Origin: Hemiscyllium ocellatum
Taxonomy: Eukaryota
Direction: 5' to 3'
DNA length: 64,000 nucleotides
Assembly (NCBI RefSeq): GCF_020745735.1
Contig: NC_083404.1
Coordinates: 11,904,001-11,968,000 of the forward strand
This document shows, in pieces, positions 1-12,796 of the stretch. Every line of letters begins with the position of its first letter. The stretch's first letter is position 1. Both the position numbers and the translations under genes were made by a program. The notes below the pieces were generated by a model. The model did no database searches. It was not told where the DNA came from and saw only the letters and a program-made list of their open reading frames with translations.

Positions 1-975
1 CAGGTGTGCGGTCACCCCTGCCCGGACGGAATTTCACATTGGCCCCAAGGTCCCGTATTTCCCGCGGGAGCCTGTGCCCCACAACCTGAGCCGCCTCCGA
101 AATTTTAATTTTGTCCCGTTCAAGGACGTTAAAAGGCATGCCCTGTATCGACTGCTGCTGCACACCGTCCATCTCTTGGGCGGTGGGGATCCCCAGTGGA
201 GGGCCCTCTATGCAGGAGTCCTCCCCCTTTCTCTTGGGGATCTGGGGTGGAGGGTGCTGCACGCAGCAGTCCCCTGCAACCGCAGATTGCGGTGGTTCAC
301 GGACTCCCAGCCCAACTGCTTGTTCTGTGGTGCTGTGGAGTCCGTGGACCATGTGTATATTGGGTGTGGGCGTTTGCACTCCCTTTTTGATTTTCTGAAA
401 AACCTTCTCCTCTGCTTTTGGTTGCACTTCAGTCCCACGCTCCTGATCTTCGGGCACCTGGTGCGGAGGAGGGAGGGCAGGTCTGAAGACCTCCTCGTGG
501 GTCTGCTCCTGGGCCTGGCCAAACTGGCCATAAACAGGTCCAGGCAGCGGGCCGTGGAAGGGGTCGTTAGGGCCAACTGCCTGCCCCTCTTCCGCGGTTA
601 CGTTAGGGCCCGGGTGTCCTTGGAGAAGGAGCACGCGGTGTCCACCAACACCCTGGAGTTGTTCAGGGAGAGGTGGGTGCCGCAGGGAGTGGAGTGCATC
701 ATTTCCCCCTCCAACGCTATTTTGATTTAGTCCCTGCCCTCCCCTTCACTGTTTTGATCACACAGCATTGCCCTTTGATGTGAAGGGCACTGCTTGTCAC
801 TGGCCACTCGGTGTTTTCCTATTTTCCTGGTGGTGGAAATTAAATAAAGATTTGTGCACTTTGTGTCTCACTGTGTCTCACACCTGCACACACACACTAT
901 GGGTGCTGGGGAACAAAAATAAGCACTACTGCAGTTAGGCGGTAGTGTGGGGGTTAATAATAAAAAAATAAAAAC
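1..975 (+). mobile_element. Tx1/L1-clade LINE, 3' end of ORF2 (zf-RVT CCHC) plus 3'UTR and A-rich tail
   Basis: ORF to 730 with CLFCGAVESVDHVYIGC zinc knuckle and F..RW C-terminus; AATAAA and A-rich tail at ~955-975. Confidence 0.8.
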
Positions 976-1221
976 AATGTTAAACTAGTTGGCCCGTAAT
1001 TATTAGGACTATTCTCACACCTCTTTCTTCAACAGGGTGTTAAATTTGCTATTATCCAATCCTCTAGCACTTTCCCTCTATCTAGGAAGATTATGGCTGG
1101 CCATTTCACTACCTCCAACCTGGGATGCAAGTCATCCAAACCAGGCAACTTATCCATTCTAAACATGGTCAACTTTTCATTAATGCTGTGTCTCAATTTT
1201 CATCCATTTACCATTTCCAAT

Positions 1222-1533
1222 ATTAGATTAGATTACTTACAGTGTGGAAACAGGCCTTTCGGCCCTACAAGTCCACACCGACCCGCCGAAGCGCCACCCA
1301 CCCATACCCCTACATTTACCCCTTACCTAACACTACGGACAATTTAGCATGACCAATTCACCTGACCTGCACATCTTGGACTGTGGGAGGAAACCGGAAC
1401 ACCCGGAGGAAACCCACGCCGACACGGGGAGAACATGCAAACTCCACACAGTCAGTCGCCTGAGGCGGAAATTGAACCCAGGTCTCTGGCGCTGTGAGGC
1501 AGCAGTGCTAACCACTGTGCCACCGTGCCGCCC
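1222..1533 (-). mobile_element. HE1-like tRNA-derived V-SINE
   Basis: A/B-box head, central GTTTCCTCCGGGTG-type core, (TCTAA)n tail; near-identical to the 46075-46397 copy. Confidence 0.88.
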
Positions 1534-2291
1534 AGTATCTCCACTCCTTCAGCAGTCAGGGAGAAAAAGTACTCATTAAATATTCTAGCCTTGCCCTGTG
1601 TCTTTAAATTGATCTTAGCCTCTTTGCCACTATAGAAACCCAATCCATCTTTTACTAGCTGTCTACTATATGTCAGATGATTTTTGGATTCCCTTTTATG
1701 TTGACTGTCTATTTTCATCTCTCTTTGTCAGTCTTATTTTCCTCTTCAATTCCTCACATTGCATTTGACCTGACATATGCGGTCTCTTTTTACTTTATCA
1801 CATTCTCCATCCTCATCATCTAAGGAACGTTATCTTTTGCACCTTTTGGCCTTGCTGGAACATACCTAGCTCGTACCTGAAGCATCACTTCCTTAAAAAT
1901 CACTCATTGTTCAATTATATTTGATCCTGTCAATCTTTGGTTTCATTTTGCTCTGGCTAGCTCTCTTTCACATTGTCCATCTTACAATTAAAGTAGTCTA
2001 AACTGTTCTATGCTCAGCATTACCAGTCTAGATAGTATGATCACTTTTATCAAAGTTCTCTCAATAGTCACTTTGTTCAACTAGCTCCCCAATCTCTTTT
2101 CTACATGAGTCCAAATAACTATTCACAGGCAACTAAAGTCATATTTAGTACAGATAAATAAAGATGAATTATAAAGCAAGAACAGATTTGATCAAGAACA
2201 GATTTGATCAAGAACACATAAATTGTGCAGAGATGTGAAAAAATAATCAAATTTTATATTTTTTGTTAGACCAGATAAATAAATGCAGAAC

Positions 2292-2613
2292 ATTAGATTC
2301 CCTACAGTGTGGGAACAGGCCCTTCGGCCAAACAAGTCCACACCAACCCTCCAAAGAGCAACTCACCCAGACCCATTCCCCTACATTTAGCCCTGACTAA
2401 TGCACCTAACATTACGGGAAATTTAGCATGGCCAATTCACCTAAGCTGCACATCTTTGGACTGTGGGAGGAGACCAGAGTACCCAGAGGAAACCCACGCA
2501 GACACGTGGAAAATGTGCAAACTCCATACAGACAGTTGCCCAAGGCAGGAATTGAACCTGGGTTCCTGGCGTTGTGAAACGGCAGTGCTAATCACTGAGC
2601 CACCATGCCGCCC
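2292..2613 (-). mobile_element. HE1-like V-SINE
   Basis: Same head, core and tail as the other copies. Confidence 0.85.
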
Positions 2614-2939
2614 AATTACTCAAGAAATTCAAAAAAATCCAGAGAATTAAAATGGTAGTCCCTCCAACATCTTCCAGAAACTAAAGGATCACCTCAGGAA
2701 ACAGCAAGTTTATAACAGCAACACTTTAAATTGAATTTATCTTAGCAAGCTCTGAAAGTTTTGCTTTAATATATGTTGGCTACCTTCCTATCCTATTTCT
2801 CCATGTAACTTCTCTTTCTTAGCATAGTCATACAAGTAGATCTTTAAAGACTAAAAGTGGTCAATATTTCCAGTTTGAAAATCTTCAAACCTGTTCAATT
2901 CTTTCTGAATTTTTAAAACGTGTTAGTAGCTAGCCAGAA

Positions 2940-3803
2940 GAAAGTGAGGACTGCAGATGCTGAAGATCAAAGTCGAGAGCATGGTGCTGGAAAACCACAG
3001 CCGGTCAGGCAGCATCCGAGGAGCAGAAGAATCGACATTTTGGGCATAAGCCCTCCATCAGGAATCAGGCTTGTGGGTCGGGGCTGACAGATAAATGTGA
3101 GGGGGTTGGAGTTGGGGGGGAGGTAGCTGGGAAAGTGATAGGTGAATAAAGGTGAAGGAGAAGGTGATAGGTCAGAGGGAGCACTGATGGACAGGTCCAG
3201 AGGGCGGGGCCGAGTTGGAGACTTGGGACTGGGATAACGTTGGGGGAGGAGATAGGAGGAAGCTGTAGAAATCCACATTTATCCCATGTGGTTGCAGGGT
3301 CCCAAGTCAGAATAGGAGGCGTGCCTCCTCCAGGTGTTGGTGGTAACGGTTTGGCAATGGAGGACACCCAGGACCTGCATGTCCTTGACGGAGTGGGAGA
3401 GGGAGTCGAAGTGTTCAGCCACAGGATGGTGGGGTTGATGGATGCAGGTGTCCCAGAGATGTTTTCTGAAATGATCCGCTATAGATCAGAGCTGAAAATG
3501 TGTTGCTGGTTAAAGCACAGCAGGTTAGGCAGCATCCAAGGAACAGGAAATTCGACGTTTCAGGCCAGAGCTCTTCATCAGGAATGAGGAGAGTGTGCCA
3601 GGCAGGCTAAGATAAAAGGTAAGGAGGAGGGACTTGGGGGAGGGGCGATGGAGATGTGATAGGTGGAAGGAGGTCAAGGTGAGGGTGATAGGCTGGAGTG
3701 GGGTGGGGGCGGAGAGGTCCGGAAGAAGATTGCAGGTTAGGAGGGCGGTGCTGAGTTCAAGGGAATCGACTGAGACAAGGTGGGGGGAGGGGAACTGGAG
3801 AAA
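2940..3803 (-). mobile_element. Two tandem 3' fragments of Penelope-like element family A (pLTR plus endonuclease C-terminus)
   Basis: Homologous to 57186-57700; hammerhead-like motifs at ~3029-3065 (mutated) and 3550-3585. Confidence 0.8.
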
Positions 3804-3809
3804 CACAGG

Positions 3810-6258
3810 AAGTCAACACCTTCAGCATATTGTCTAGTTATCACCATTGTTAATAGCTAACTCGAGAATACAACTTTTTTAAAAAAAGTTTTGTGATTTG
3901 CACATGAAAGAATACCGTGATAGTTTCACTTCTAACAGATGAAAAGCTTAACAATCAATTTTTCAATGTATAATATCAGTTAAATCACACTGTAAATTTT
4001 TGCTATAAAGTCTGTGTTAGGATTGAGCCCTCCACTATCACTTGATGATAAAGCAGATAAAGGAGGAGCCATTGTCATTCAGAATAGAACAGATCACTGC
4101 AAGGAAGTGTACCGAGAACTGAACAACCAGGAACACTACAGGCAACTACCAGCTGATCCGACCAAAAAACACACCCGAGAATTAAACACACTGATCAGAA
4201 CTTTGGATCCAGTCCTTCAGAGTTCCCTACGCGCCCTCATCCCACGTACTTCTCGTATAGGCGACTTCTACTGCCTTCCAAAGGTACACAAAGCCAACAC
4301 ACCGGCACGTCCCATCGTGTCAGGCAATGGGACCCGATGGGAGAATCTCTCCGGCTATGTGGAAGGCATCTTGAAACCTATTGTACAGGGCATCTCCAGC
4401 TTCTGTCGCGACACTATGGATTTCTTAGAGAAACTCAGCACCCACGGACCAGTCGAACCAGGAACATTCTCGCCACAATGGATGTTTCCACACTCTACAC
4501 CAGCATCCCCCACAAGGATGGCATCACGGCAACAGTCTCAGTACTCAACACCAACAACTGCCAGTCTCCAAACACCATCCTACAACTCATCCGCTTTATC
4601 CTTGATCATAACGTCTTCACCTTTGACAACCAATTCTTCATCCAGATACACGGAAAGCCATGGGGACCAAATTTGCACCCCAATATGCCAACATTTTTAT
4701 GCACAGGTTCGAACAAGATTTCTTCTCCAACCAACATTGTACAGCAGGTACATTGATGACATTTTCTTCCTCTGGACCCATGGTGAGGAGTCACTGATAA
4801 AACTACACAGTGACATCAACAAGTTTCATCCCACCATCAAACTCACCATGGACTACTCTCGACTGTCTGTCTCATTCTTGGATACGTGCGTCTCCATCAA
4901 GGACGGACACCTCAGCACCACACTCTATCGCAAACCCACAGACAACCTCACAATGCTACACTTCTCCAGCTTCCATCCAAAACATATTAAAACAGCCATT
5001 CCCTAGGGACAAGCCCTACACATACACCGGATCTGCTCAGATGAGGAGGAACGTGACGGACATCTGGAAGTACTCAAGGATGCCCTCACAAGAACTGGGT
5101 ACGATGTTCAACTCATCGACCGCCAGTTCCGACGTGCCACAGCAAGGAACCATAATGACCTCCTCAGGAGACAAGACACATGCTGAACTGACAGGGTACC
5201 CTTCGTTGTTCAGTACTTCCCAGGGGCTGAAAAATTATGCCATGTTCTTCGTGACCTGCAACACATTATCAATGAGGATGAGCACCTTCCCCACACCTCC
5301 ACTACTTGCCTTTAAACAACCGCCAAACCTTAAACAGATCATTGTTTGTAGCAAACTGTCCGGCTCTCAGGATAACTCCATACAACCCTGTCACGGTGGA
5401 TGCTGCAAAACGTGTCAGATTGTGGACACAGACACCACTATTATGCATAGGAACACCTCCCACCTTGTACATGGCAGGTGCTCATGTGACTCAGCCAACG
5501 TTGTCTATCTTATACGTTGCAGGCAAGGATGCCCGGAGGCATGGTACATTGGGGAAACCGAGCAAAGGCTACGACAACATATGAATGGGCAACGCACAAC
5601 AATCAACAGACAGGAGGGTTCCCTCCCAGTTGGGGAACACTTCAGTGGTCCAGGACATTCAGCCTCAGACCTTCAGATGACCATCCTCCAAGGTGGACTT
5701 TGGGACAGGCAGCAGAGGAAAGTGGCCGAGCAGAGGCTGATAGCTAAGTTCGGTACCCATAGGGAGGGCCTCAACCGGGACCTTGGGTTCGTGTCACATT
5801 ACAGATGATCACCATTGCACTATACACACACACACAGATATTCCTACACACACACACACGGACACAGGTACACACTGATGCGCACAAGACACCCACACAC
5901 ACACCCTTATAGACATACACACTCACACATGCACCCCCTCACAGACTTAAGACACTCTGCACTCACTACACACATACACACTTTCTCAAACTCACAACCC
6001 CCACCCCAGACAGACACACACAGACAAAGACCCACATGCACACATATATTTTGTGGAGTGAATTTGTACTGCAGAGTTACATTGCACATTGCTCAAAAAC
6101 TGCATACATTCATGTAGCTCAAAAACTGCATGAATTTATGTAAAACTCTGTTATCTCACTTTTTAGATTAGAATCAGTGTAAACATCAGCTCCGAAAGCT
6201 AGTATGCTTCCAATTAAACCTGTTGGACTATAACCTGGTGTTGTGTGACTTTTAACTC
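3810..6258 (+). mobile_element. Penelope-like element family B (Neptune-like), 5'-truncated and frameshifted: RT plus GIY-YIG, CA-rich 3'UTR, terminal repeat
   Basis: ADKGG, FYCLPKVHK, RPIVSG, MDVSTLYTSIPH, RYIDDIF, FLD, LYRKPTD; Cys linker PCHGGCCKTC; VVYLIRC..WYIGET..RL; in-frame TAG at 5004-5006. Confidence 0.92.
5815..6045 (+). repeat. (CA)n-rich low-complexity tract in the Penelope 3'UTR
   Basis: Visible degenerate CA repeats. Confidence 0.8.
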
Positions 6259-6295
6259 TTAAAGCACAGAAGACTTGCAATCTCTGCGAACTTAC

Positions 6296-6582
6296 TCTCG
6301 CAACTCTTCCACCTCGTACATATCGTCTCGTTCTTGGGTAGTCTTGTCGCTGTCCCGGAATGGCTTGGCTTTGGGTCTAGTTGGAGACTGAAGTCCAGCT
6401 TCAGGACTCAAGTGTGAGCCCAGGCCAGTCTGCACGGGGGAGAGGGCCGGCGCCAGATCGCCAACTTTAAACACACGTCGGGGCGGAACCATCGGTCCAC
6501 GTCGCCAACCCTCTGAAACCCCCTCCGGGAGCTGGTAGTCGTCGTCCTCTTCATCATCGTCGTCCGCATCCAACCACGACAT
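6296..6582 (-). CDS. First coding exon of an unidentified gene (MSWLDADDDDEEDDDYQLPEG...MYEVEELRE, phase 2)
   Basis: CpG-rich, non-repetitive ORF ending in a perfect donor GA|gtaagt (the ORF-track TAA lies inside the donor); promoter-like GC island upstream. Confidence 0.6.
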
Positions 6583-6748
6583 TTAGCGTCCTCATTTATA
6601 TTAAAAGATCAATACACAGATTAATGGAGCAAAGGCACCGAACGCACTCCCTAGCGCTCAGCGCTTCCATTGTTGTGAGCGAGGCGGGCCGTTACCTCGC
6701 CCTGCCTCCCGCGCGCACCTTTCCATAACCGCCATTGTGCCCCGCGCC

Positions 6749-6761
6749 GTCTCCTAGCAAC
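6749..6761. promoter_or_regulatory. RFX X-box-like element GTCTCCTAGCAAC
   Basis: Matches the RFX imperfect palindrome with a strong TAGCAAC half-site, in the CpG island upstream of the 6.5-kb exon. Confidence 0.55.
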
Positions 6762-7865
6762 GGGCAAACAGGTGTTCCATCCAGCAGCGAACAGAGGCCT
6801 TCCTTCCGCCACAGTAGACAGGCGGGAGGCTGGAAGAACACAGCAACCTAGGCAGCATCAGGCGATGGAGAAGTCGACGTTTCAGGTGCAGGAATTGGTT
6901 TGCTCCTTTAAAAGAAAATTGCCCCCTTTTGGCAGGCAGCAATAAGCTTATAACCTTGTGGGAGACTGTTAGGGCAACAATAGAATAGTTCAGTTTAAAA
7001 GTTAAAATCAGAAGGATTGATAGAAATGGGGAAAAGGTGTTTTTGCAGATATAAAAAAAGCATACAGAAAAGGGGTACAGCAAGAGAACTATTAACTCTG
7101 CAGGTATTTAGGGAAGAGTATCTCTATTTTTCCAGTGTATAATTGTGGTTAATTAAATACTAACTTCATATAATACTAATTATTATAGCAAATATGTTCT
7201 TTTTAAAAATTATGTTTTCAGCAAAAAGCTGAGATAACCGAAATGCTTGGGCTATACAAAATGATACAAGTTAATTAAATGTCCGAGGATAGAATACACC
7301 AGCAGAATTAATACAAAATGTTAAACCAGATCTTGATGTACTGTCGACAAAATAATGTGTGTTAGTACTTAGAGAGGAAGGTTGCCAACCTGGGGAAGGG
7401 GGCAATGGGCGTGGAGCATACATGGGCAGAAGCAAAATACTAAGAGAGATTGGGCAATGCAGGAGTCAGGAGAGGTGACCTCACACAGCTCAAAAGTATA
7501 ACTGTGTAGTAGTTTGAATAATCATCACTTCAATTGCTCTCTGCAATTGAGGTCCTTTCTTGCAAGATCGTAGAATAAATTGTCTTGTTTCCAGCTTTGG
7601 TGGTCTCATCTAAATTTTATTGAATTTTGTTTCTAGGATAAACCTATTTAATTTACTGGGTTGGCAGGGCTCACTTAGGTCAATCTGAGGTCACTATGAA
7701 GGACTCTCCTGTCCCCTGAGGCATGATGACACTCAGGTTAAACTACCACCAGTCATCTCCCACTAATGACAGCAAGTTCTATGGTCCACTCACACCATGA
7801 CAAATTTACCTTTACATTGGGGTAGGATATTGAATTAGCAGCTCATGTTGAAGTGGGCATATTCA

Positions 7866-8200
7866 CAGAATCCCTACAATGTGGAAACAGGCCCTTTGGC
7901 TCAACAAGTCCATACCAACTCTCTGAAGAATAACCCACCCAGGCGCATTCCCTTATCCTATATTTACCCCTGACCAATGCATCTAACCTATACATCCTTG
8001 AACACTACAGGCAATTTAGAATGGCCAATTCACCTGGTCTGCACATCTTTGGATTGTGAGAGGAAACCAGAGGACCCTGAAGAAACCCACACAGACATGG
8101 GGAGAATGTGCAAACTCCACGAGTTGCCCAAGATGGGAATTGAACCCAGGTCTCTGGCACTGTGAGGCTGCAGTGCTAACCACTGAGCCACCGTGCCACC
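7866..8200 (-). mobile_element. HE1-like V-SINE (older)
   Basis: Head, core and tail similarity to the other copies. Confidence 0.82.
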
Positions 8201-10671
8201 ATTTAAACTTCCTGTCACTGCATCGTTCACATACATAGAAGTTTTTCAGTTCTCAGGAACAGAGATTTGCTTTGTTTTGGCAACTTGTTCATACAAGACA
8301 CAAATTGGTAGGAATCCTGCACTCTTTCAAACAAACCAGGTAGAGACACCTTTGATTGATATCAAGTGATTCAAAATCATTGCAATTAAAGAATGGTGAA
8401 TGTTTCAGTGCAGACTCCTGAGCTGCCAAAAGGCCTGAAAATATAAGTCTGTGACAATTCTCGCTGAGACTTTATTTTCCTGTTTTTATGGGTTTGGAAT
8501 GTTTTAAAAGATGACAGTACTGGATCACTAGCAATTTAAGATGAAACATGGTCAGTAGTTTTAAGCCAGAATTCTAACTGGGCCTTAGAGCAGAAAGCTG
8601 AATATATTTTCCACTGTCCATGCGTTGGCTTTAAAATTGTTAAGTTAGTGAGACTCAAGGTTCAGCTAAAAATAATTTTACATTTTTTACTACTGGGCAG
8701 TCCTGAAACATTAAAAAGGAGGAAATGAGGTGGATAAATTTGACTGGTGAATCTTCAATCCAAGAAGAGTTTGTTGGGAGGTTTTCTGCTGCTTATGCAG
8801 ACGATATGTCTTCAGCCTGCAAGACAATTCTGGATCTGCAATAGGGCTCCATTTTCCCTCTCTTCTCTCAGTGCAGACAAAGAAAAACAAATCTGTGAAA
8901 TAGCCATTAGAGACCCAGAGGCATTACAAGTGTCTGGAAATCACAATATAAATAACATTCAATAGCAACAGTTAGGTTAAAAACATCAATTTCTCAATTT
9001 AAACTAAATCATCATCAGTGCATATTCTCCCAAATTGACTTGGGGCTTCAGTTTGGTTTATTAACTCTTCCAGGAGATTGCATGGATCCAGGTGAAAAGA
9101 GTTGATATGGTATTACAGTTGTGTGAGGCAATCTACATAGCCATACTTTCAGTTGGATTCTCTGATCTATCAGGCTGTTGATTGACTAATCTGAGACAGT
9201 TCTCCCAATTTTGGACTAGCCCCCCAGATATTAATAAAGGACTTTGGCCAAAAAATAAAAGCCATGTTAACCCTGCAGTATCATTTCCAGTGCCTAGGTT
9301 GATGTCATGTGGTCAGTCCAGTTTCAAAGTCTCAACAAAGGAATGTTGTGTTGATACAACTGCTTGCTGGGCCATTTAATTTGCCATTGACAGACAGCCA
9401 CATTGCTATAAGTGTCACACGTAGGCCAGACCAAGCAGAATGTTAATTGATTGCTTTTCCGGCAGTTAGCAATGGTTTCATGGTTGTTAATTCCAAATAT
9501 TTGAATTCAAATTCTACTATCTGATGCGGTAGGGTTTGAATCCACGTGCCCACTACGTTGCATAAGTTTCTTGATTAATAATCTTGCAATAATACAACTG
9601 GGTCACCATCTGCCCATAAAGCATTAAATAACATCATGATCCTCATTCCAAACTGGAGGATAGGAAAAGTGCTTTTTCTCCCACTGCCACCTCCATTCCC
9701 ACATTTTCCTGCCCCCTACCCATATTTTCTTGCTGTTTAAAAATGTACTTCTACAGTACAGGGCCAATACATTGCAGTAGTAATAGGAAAAGAGCTATGA
9801 AGGAAATTGGGCTCTTTGGGGAGAAAGAGGCCAAAGATCTGAGTGGTACAGGTGATTCAATTGAGGTGCAGTGATACACTTTAATAGACTCCAGGAAAAA
9901 AGATGAAATGCACTGAATGAAGCCCAAATAGTAAAAGTCTTTAAACACAACCTTACACAACATCCCAAAGTTACAACTAGAGAACTTTTGAATAAACACT
10001 TTTGGTCAGTCTTCGATTTTCATCTGGAACTCTACTTCCATTATCCTTAATTGCATCACTGTTCACCTGTTATCCCTAGGTTCAGTGTCTTACTTTAGCT
10101 AAGAAGGAAAAAAACCTTTTTTAAAATCTTAAATTCATTGGCTCCCCTCTCCCTTTTGCTGCAGCCTTCAACAGCCCTACAAATCTCAGTTTTGTACTCT
10201 TCCATTCTGCACATTGCTGATTTTAAACATCATAATGGATAGCCATGTCTTCAGCAGCCAGGATCTTAATTTCCAGAATTCTCTCCCTATACATTTTCAC
10301 CTCTTGCCTTTTATTAAAAACCACACCATAAGATATCTTGTTTCCATCTGCCTTGATTCTGAAATCAAACTCAGACAACTTAAATCTCAGTTCTGAAGAA
10401 TGATCACGAGACATGACATTAACTTTGCTTTCTGACCACAAATGTTGCTAGACCTGCTGAGTTTACCCAGCAATTCCTGTTTGTTACTGATTTCCAGCAT
10501 CCGTTTTTTTTAAAATAGGAATCTCCAGTTACAAAGTTGTTGACCACTTCCACTGGCAGAATAGGTAATCCATTTACAAGGATGCTTGATGGGCTAAATG
10601 GCCTACTTCCACACTGGGGGAATTCTATGTTTTTTCTTTTAAATACTCAGCATCTTCAAACTGATTAATTA

Positions 10672-10971
10672 AATTCCCTACAGTGTGCAACATGCCCTTT
10701 GGCCCAACAAGTCCATACCGACCCTCCAAAGAGTCACCCTCTCAGACGTTTTCCTAATGTTCACCCCTGACTATGGATAATTTAGCATGACCAACTCACC
10801 TAACCTGCACATCTTTGGATTGTGGGAGGAAAACGGAGCACCCGGAGGAAATCCATGCAGACACAGGGAGAATGTGCAAACTCCACAGTCAATTACCCAA
10901 GGCAAGAATCGAACCTGGGTCTTTGGCACTGAGAGACAGCAGTACTAACCACTGAGCCATAGTGCCACCCT
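10672..10971 (-). mobile_element. HE1-like V-SINE (older)
   Basis: Head, core and tail similarity. Confidence 0.8.
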
Positions 10972-11904
10972 GATGATGATAACAGAAGAGGAACTGAAAA
11001 CTACACAGAGACACAAAGGAAATGTCTTCCAAAAATGAAGTTTAAAAACACTAGAAGGAAACAAAGTTGCATTTCCTCTTGTTTCTTTGCACTGTATCTC
11101 ATCTCAGGCTTACAATGATGCAAAAGCAGATTTATGATCGAATAGATGGGTTCAGTCATTCCAGTTTTCTTATCTGTAAACATATCCTGTTAAAGAAATT
11201 TCTTCAATCATACATGTGTTTCAGTTTTACGTTTTAGTTTTGTTTACATGAATTAAACTGTACCATATGCAAAATCTGCAATTTCTATCAGTAGAGAATT
11301 TGAAAATTATAAATACATTTAGAGGTATTCAATGCAAATATCACAGCAATTGCTAATAATAAAATTATGAAGGGCATAGATCAGTTAGTAACTTTTTACC
11401 TTGGTGAAGGAATTAGCAGGCACACAGATTTATGGGGCATGAAGTTTACGGGAGATGTGAGGAGTCTGGGACTCAGGCAGAAATCCTCAAAATTTAAGAC
11501 TTATTTAGATGTGCATTTTTAAAAATATATGCACCTGATAGATGCTAACACAAACATGGCTATGGATCATGTGCTGGAAAGTGGAAATTAGAACAAAGTT
11601 AGATGCGTGTTTTTGACCAGCGCAGACTTGATCGGCCAAAGGACCTTTTTCTGCACGGCAGTCCCCTGTGACTATGAATATAATCAGATTCAAAGAATGA
11701 TTTAAATTTGTAGTAAAATGATTTATCCACATTAAAATGTCCTACAAAATCACAGCTGAAATTCATTTAAAGAAACAGATTACACGTGTTTTGCTTCAGG
11801 GATTCTTTAAGAGTGATAGGCCTTCAACTCTCAAATGTAGAGAATCAGCAGTTCAAATTCGATGGGAGCTGGTGGTGGAATTAAAATTCAATTCATTTAA
11901 TCGG

Positions 11905-12160
11905 GTTCTTAAGGTACAGTGGTAGTGTCTTTCCCCTGAGCAAGAAGACCTGGGTTCAAGTCACACCTGCTCCAGAGGTATGAAATAACATCTCTGCACA
12001 GGTTGCTTAAAAAAAAATTAAATAAGAAGTTCAGAAAAAATTATTTATTACCTTGAGGCTCTTGTGGTGCAAAGGAGTATCCCCACCTCTGCGCCAAAAG
12101 ACCTAGGTTTAAGTACCACTTGCTCCAGAGGTGTGTAATAACAGCTGTTGATTAGAAAAC
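11905..12160 (+). mobile_element. Two tandem ~100-bp short tRNA-derived SINE-like repeats (other copies ~12810-12920, 39310-39415, 43555-43655)
   Basis: Shared GGTTCAAGTC(C)CACCTGCTCCAGAGGT.TG.AATAACATCTCTG motif with a B-box. Confidence 0.6.
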
Positions 12161-12166
12161 ATCTTC

Positions 12167-12796
12167 ATAGGAACCTTGATTATCCAAATTTCAGATTATC
12201 CGAAGAATATTCAAGGTCCCACAAAACGTTACATCAAAGAGGCAAGTGTATTCGACTTACCTGAACTGAAGATGTGAAAACGCTGGCAAAAACAAAGAAA
12301 CACAAGCAGCTCAAGCATTAGCGACTGGGTATTTTGCCTTTTGCAAAAGTGAGTGTTTTACAGCATTCCCATCACTTTACTGGGCCATTCATGAAAAAAT
12401 ATGGCTGAGAATATAAATGTATGTGTGAGGTGGTGCTTCTGTCTTTCTTTCACGAGACTGAGTTCCTGGAAACTGACAAATGCTGTTGCAATCAGAGAAG
12501 CTGTTCAGGACCTTGTTTAATACTATCTTAACCACACCTTGCCAAATGCTAACTGCTGCTGAATTTTTAACCCGTTTTCTCATGTTACTATTGCTTTATT
12601 TTGTTCATCATGTGAAATCGGTGTCCTCTTGCACTCAATAAATTTAAGTTATAGATTTAAACAAATCCTCCGGTAGAGCACAGCGTTAGATCAGCGTGGC
12701 TTCCTTTGTTTAAGGTAAAATCGATTATCCAAATTATCAATCCACCAAACGAAATAGTGCCCGTCTATCTCGTTGGGATAATTGAGGTTCCTCTGT
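12167..12796. mobile_element. Non-autonomous DNA transposon (pogo/Tigger-like MITE)
   Basis: Imperfect terminal inverted repeats AGGAACCTTGATTATCC ... GGATAATTGAGGTTCCT, with internal GATTATCC repeats; no ORF. Confidence 0.6.

Noticed and set aside
2177-2216. 16-bp tandem duplication CAAGAACAGATTTGAT (similar duplication at 41463-41521)
   Set aside because: Simple slippage duplications with no spacers; not CRISPR-like.
1093-2650. Recurrent short ORFs with DCGRKPEHPEETHADT or QWLALLPHS (also ~8 kb, 41 kb, 46 kb, 50.7 kb)
   Set aside because: Translations of HE1-like SINE copies, not a protein family.
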